Positions 60,266-64,000 of a stretch of DNA of 64,000 nucleotides are shown one piece after another. Both the position numbers and the translations under genes were made by a program. Below the pieces are notes generated by a model. It was not told the origin of the DNA and made no database searches. It saw only the letters and a program-made list of their open reading frames with translations. Within the stretch, counting starts at the first letter, position 1. Every line of letters begins with the position of its first letter. The stretch is taken from the NCBI GenBank assembly GCA_963733095.1, contig CAVTBV010000009.1, positions 160,001 through 224,000 of the forward strand, in the 5' to 3' direction. The DNA is from Candidatus Bathyarchaeota archaeon. GTDB taxonomy: Archaea > Thermoproteota > Bathyarchaeia > Bathyarchaeales > Bathycorpusculaceae.

Positions 60266-60364
60266 AAAATAAACCACGCTCTTAATAGATATATACTCTA
60301 TTTTCTTTATAAGATTTGCGAAATTGTGAAAAACTTGGCTAATTATGATTGATCTGAACAAACC

Positions 60365-60511
60365 ATGATGCTTGTGGACACTTTATTGGGTGGATTCAAA
60401 CACTGCCCAAAATGCCACATTTACCTCTGTGGTCTATGCTCATATCAACTGATGAGTATACAAAGTAAATTTCCAATAGAGTGCCTAATGTGCAGAGGAA
60501 TACTAAGTTAA
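60365..60511 (+). CDS. Small Cys-rich (RING-like) protein or fragment
   Basis: Manual translation ...HCPKCHIYLCGLCS...ECLMCRG. Confidence 0.5.
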   Translation: MMLVDTLLGGFKHCPKCHIYLCGLCSYQLMSIQSKFPIECLMCRGILS

Positions 60512-60611
60512 GCAATTTGCCATTTGCTTTAGTTCGTAACTTTTTGATTCTATACATTTAATGCCTTGATTAGCTCTTCCCTTGTTTCAGGCAATCTAGA
60601 TTTGATGATGC

Positions 60612-60640
60612 TTGAGACGTAAGACCTGCTTTAGATAGAA
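60612..60640 (+). repeat. ~30-bp direct repeat, copy 2
   Basis: ttgagacgtaagacctgctttagatagaa. Confidence 0.75.
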
Positions 60641-60701
60641 AATAAAAACTGGAGCAATGGCTAAGATTCCCACTTCTATGAGTATTTCTTTGTATGTCAT
60701 T

Positions 60702-60998
60702 TCAACTTGCATGAATGGTTGACTGAATAGTCTTGTAATAGGCTTCTTCACCTATTGTTTCCTTAATAATCTTCTTCTCTATTTTCTTCTCTTCCACTAA
60801 TTTATCTAAAGCTGTCCTTACTTGTGCAGCAAGCTCATAACTCTTTGCCTCTTTTGTGACTTCGTACCCCAAACCATTCATTATGCTCACAAGACTAAAA
60901 GCAACATTCACGCCATCTTTTTTGTTCAGAAAAGACATTATTCTATCTTCAAGTGGACGTACTTTTCCAGAATCCCATTCATCATTATCAATAGGCAT
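60702..60998 (-). CDS. Winged-helix-like protein
   Basis: MPI...W..G, RI..FL, AF....I, AL..LV....I...YY. Confidence 0.7.
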   Translation of the reverse strand: MPIDNDEWDSGKVRPLEDRIMSFLNKKDGVNVAFSLVSIMNGLGYEVTKEAKSYELAAQVRTALDKLVEEKKIEKKIIKETIGEEAYYKTIQSTIHAS

Positions 60999-61409
60999 TT
61001 TTCAACCCAATTCTATTTCTAGCCATTATGCAGATTTAAGATTTACCTTTATGAAAATTGCTTGGCTGAGATTATCCAGTTAAGAGTCAGCACTTAAAAG
61101 GTTAAGCCAAAAGTTATCTTGGATTCCTTTTTAGCACTAACGCACTAATTGAGCCTGTTACAATTAGGGCTATTATGATTATCAACGATGGAAACTCTGG
61201 AACTGTTGGAGTTGGAGAAGAGGTGCTAATTTGCTGGTTGTGTTTCTTTTAAAAACTTTTCTAGTAAAAGAGTTATTGTCGTAACTATTAGTGTCTATCA
61301 TATTAATTGATGTTAATAGTTGTTATTTACATAAGTGGTTGGTGTATTTACTGTGTTTATTAGACTTAGTATTAAATAGTGTGATTAACATATATTTAGT
61401 GTGAATTAT

Positions 61410-61709
61410 ATGGTAGATTTGAATAACTCTAAAAAGAAGTTAGCAGTGAAAGCTACGCCAGTAAAGGAAGTTCCAGAGGGCAAAAAGATAGCTAGAAGAC
61501 CAGAGTATGATGAAGCATTCAAAAAGGTTATGGACAGCCCAGAGAAGATTTTCAAGATTGAAGTGGAAGGCAGGACAGTAAAAACAATGTATGCACCATT
61601 TGCTTCTAGAGTAAAGAGATACAATAAACAATCTGACAGAAAATTCAATGCACAGCTTAAAGTAAGAAGTAAGGAAATCTATATTGTCAAATTAGATAAG
61701 TCAGACTAG
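61410..61709 (+). CDS. Basic hypothetical protein
   Basis: K-rich ORF, T-rich terminator-like tail. Confidence 0.7.
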   Translation: MVDLNNSKKKLAVKATPVKEVPEGKKIARRPEYDEAFKKVMDSPEKIFKIEVEGRTVKTMYAPFASRVKRYNKQSDRKFNAQLKVRSKEIYIVKLDKSD

Positions 61710-61765
61710 AATACTACAGAATATTTTCTTTTGTCCGCTCTTTTCTTTTCACTTCATTTTTCAGC

Positions 61766-61803
61766 AGAGTTTTCTTTACGCTCCAAAATTAGTTCTTAAT
61801 GGT
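61766..61803 (+). repeat. ~38-bp direct repeat, copy 1
   Basis: agagttttctttacgctccaaaattagttcttaatggt. Confidence 0.75.
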
Positions 61804-61831
61804 TGGAAGCTGTCATAGGTGTATTGCAGGT

Positions 61832-62122
61832 TTAGCGCATATTACTTTGGCTTAGGGCGCTATTGGTTTTTTGAAGTTTAATTTTGCCATGAAAAACATG
61901 GTATGAAAAAATAGCAATTATTAAACCTGCAATGCTCATAATAGAGCCAATTAGTAGTTTAGGATAAGTTATAATCACTCCATTGTTTAAGGTATGAATT
62001 TCAGTAGTTGAAAGGGCATTTAAGATTCCACTTACAACCAAAACAACACCAAACAACAGAAGCAAAGGTACAACTATTCCTCTAATAAAATCAATCAAAT
62101 TAAATGAAGAATAAGTTGACAT
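61832..62122 (-). CDS. Small 2-TM protein
   Basis: 96 aa; lies between the two ~38-bp repeats. Confidence 0.65.
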   Translation of the reverse strand: MSTYSSFNLIDFIRGIVVPLLLLFGVVLVVSGILNALSTTEIHTLNNGVIITYPKLLIGSIMSIAGLIIAIFSYHVFHGKIKLQKTNSALSQSNMR

Positions 62123-62167
62123 AACTCTCGATGATAATTTAGGTTAATACTCTTAAATATTTTTCTA

Positions 62168-62204
62168 AGAGTATTCATACGCTCCAAATTTGTTCTTTAA
62201 TGGT
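62168..62204 (+). repeat. ~38-bp direct repeat, copy 2
   Basis: agagtattcatacgctccaaatttgttctttaatggt. Confidence 0.75.
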
Positions 62205-62418
62205 CACTAAATAGCTCCTCTTGCACTCTGCCCCGCTCCTGTCTCGAGATAGGCACGGATTAGTCGGAACCTGCCCGAACACAATGTATCAAGGCAACGG
62301 TCATATGAATTCTGGATGCATAAGGCTTATGAAAAGTGTATCCTTAGGCTGATTGGGCGGGTTCAGAGGGAACTGCTGGCTCACGCACTTCCACAAACTC
62401 TCAACCTCCCCCTTCTTT

Positions 62419-62552
62419 AAGGCCTTCCGAAATCTAGGGGACATAGTAGAAAAGGCTTATCTGAATTTAGCTTATCATCAGAACATAAAAAAAAATAAAT
62501 AATATTATTTTGATTTCTCTTTCTCTATACGGGTCAATTTGTTAAAGGCCTT
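62419..62552 (+). repeat. AAGGCCT-bounded ~132-bp element, copy 1
   Basis: aaggcctt...catagtagaa...cttatcatcagaacat...aaaaataaa...aaggcctt. Confidence 0.85.
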
Positions 62553-62554
62553 GG

Positions 62555-62687
62555 TTAAGCTTTCCTTTTCGCTTTGCCTACTTCTTCCTGGACCTTGCCT
62601 TCTACTTCTTCAACTTTGCCTTTAATCTGTTCAGTTTTGTCGCCAGTAATTTTACCTAAGCCTTCGCGGACTTTGCCCTTGAAGCCT
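62555..62687 (-). pseudogene. CsbD-family fragment lacking a start
   Basis: KGKVREGLGKITGDKTEQIKGKVEEVEGKVQEEVGKAK; an in-frame stop is met upstream before any start codon. Confidence 0.75.
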
Positions 62688-62767
62688 ACCCTGATCGTCG
62701 CCTGCTTCGGACTGAGAAATTAGCCCTTAGTTAAAAAAAACTAAACTGTAACTTGAGCCTTTTTGCT

Positions 62768-62998
62768 CTACATGCACTGAAGAGGCGTGCTTGCGGAGAT
62801 TTTCGGTTTATGTCCTTGATTTAGGAGTTCTAGTGCCTCATCGTTTGTTATTCCGAAGGGAAGAATATCTTTGTGAAAATTTTCAACATGTGACCGTACA
62901 ATGGATATGGCTTCACATATGCTGCCTAAGATTTCAAAACTATAACCGCAGGGACATTGACCTTTTAGCTTCCTTCTCAAATCGCTCTCCTCAATCAA
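62768..62998 (-). CDS. Small metal-binding protein (CxC...HxxxxH)
   Basis: QCPCGY...HVENFH. Confidence 0.6.
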   Translation of the reverse strand: MIEESDLRRKLKGQCPCGYSFEILGSICEAISIVRSHVENFHKDILPFGITNDEALELLNQGHKPKISASTPLQCM

Positions 62999-63097
62999 CT
63001 CAAAGATGTATTTAAAATAAAAAATGAGATATTAACTTCTGTGACTGCACAAGCGCAATCACAACATTATCATTTAGAAAGTTAGTCCAAGCCAACC

Positions 63098-63229
63098 AAG
63101 GCCTTCCAAAATCTGGGCCCCATAGTAGAAGAGGCTTTTCAGGTTTTATCTTATCATCACAACATATAAAAAATAAATATAGAATATCGATCTGGCTCTA
63201 TCTATCCCCCTCAATTTGGTGAAGGCCTT
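63098..63229 (+). repeat. AAGGCCT-bounded ~132-bp element, copy 2
   Basis: Same ends and internal blocks as copy 1. Confidence 0.85.
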
Positions 63230-63480
63230 CATTTACATGAAAAATCAGGCGCGTCTGAGCATGCAGGGCTACCTTAGCGCCCCTCTAAAATAGAAACAGC
63301 CGGCGGGCAGCAGCACGCGTTCGAGATCCGCCTCAAGAAGAAGTTTGAATGGTTCCACAGCACCGAATTCAAGAGCCTCTGGCGGCAGCAGATTCAGTAC
63401 CAAGAAGTAGCATATCCGGTCAGTCACCTTCGCCCGGGCGAGGCATTGATTGAGCGCTTTGACACGTGGGACATCGACGA

Positions 63481-63611
63481 AAGGCCTGCAGCAAACCAGG
63501 GGGCATAAGGTAAGTGCATTCTATTTTTCTTTATTTTTTTTAATGTTCTGATGATTAGCTGTTTTGCCCCAAACCTCTCTTCTACTATACCCCCAGAAAA
63601 TTGCAGGCCTT
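63481..63611 (-). repeat. AAGGCCT-bounded ~132-bp element, copy 3 (inverted)
   Basis: atgttctgatgat and ttctactat are reverse complements of the core blocks; ends aaggcctgca/tgcaggcctt. Confidence 0.82.
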
Positions 63612-64000
63612 GTGAGTATCCCGCTACCGCACGATAGAAGAAATGCGCTTGCTGGAAAATGCCGAATTAATTGCACCAGAATTTGCACGAACGGTTGCTC
63701 CGATTTTCATAGGAAATAACCGAACTCGACCGATTCCGATGCCGCAGTTACGCCGTTCCTACGGGCTTTCGTTTTGATCGCCCGTATCTGAAATAGTAAC
63801 CAATGAGCATGAGGCCAATTGTAACAGCGATTACTATAATTGCCGTATCAGTAGTCGTGTTGTTTCCCCTCTATCCATGCGTTGTTTAACATCTAATAGC
63901 CCTACCTGCACGTTTAAAGTATGCAATGTCACGCTTATATGGCACGCTGTTCTTAGAGCGCAACAAATTGAAGGCCTTTAGCTATCGCAAGAAAACCTGT

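Larger units (their letters stand above)
55950..64000. mobile_element. Decayed AT-rich genomic island (runs off the window; left boundary approximate)
   Basis: Composition shift, integrase pseudogene, tRNA-end remnant, small ORFans, several repeat families. Confidence 0.6.

Noticed and set aside
62419-63611. Canonical CRISPR array
   Set aside because: Units are ~132 bp, diverged, in mixed orientation, with 250-550 bp gaps; no cas genes in the window

Overview
Archaeal chromosomal segment, probably Bathyarchaeia (TACK). This is inferred from a TFE-beta, the EF-1beta/Cdc48/KEOPS/uS15 gene order and a PQQ-like surface protein, not from a database search. Most of the window is housekeeping: FEN1, EF-1beta, Cdc48, GGR, Pth2, TruD, NadM, NadC, proteasome beta, RlmE, Kae1/Bud32/Pcc1, uS15, a RecJ-like DHH protein, TrxR, an MvhD-ferredoxin fusion with NfnAB, the AMP phosphorylase/RuBisCO III/R15P isomerase pathway and a protein-mannosylation cluster. 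Two AT-rich accessory regions stand out. (1) A ~10 kb element (18.0-28.2 kb) sits between TFE-beta and kae1 with no tRNA target. It carries an intact tyrosine integrase, a HEPN-like gene, an FtsK/HerA-like ATPase and, directly behind the integrase, a ~700 nt ORF-free region that folds by eye into a multi-domain structure. That structure includes a ~240 nt rod and ten CCGACA/TGTCGG motifs, and a second hairpin-rich locus in the element shares the motif. (2) A decayed island (56-64 kb) holds a tRNA-end remnant, a frameshifted integrase, repeat-flanked small ORFs and three copies of a ~132 bp element bounded by AAGGCCT and separated by unrelated gene fragments. All pairings and alignments were done by eye; no folding program or search was run.
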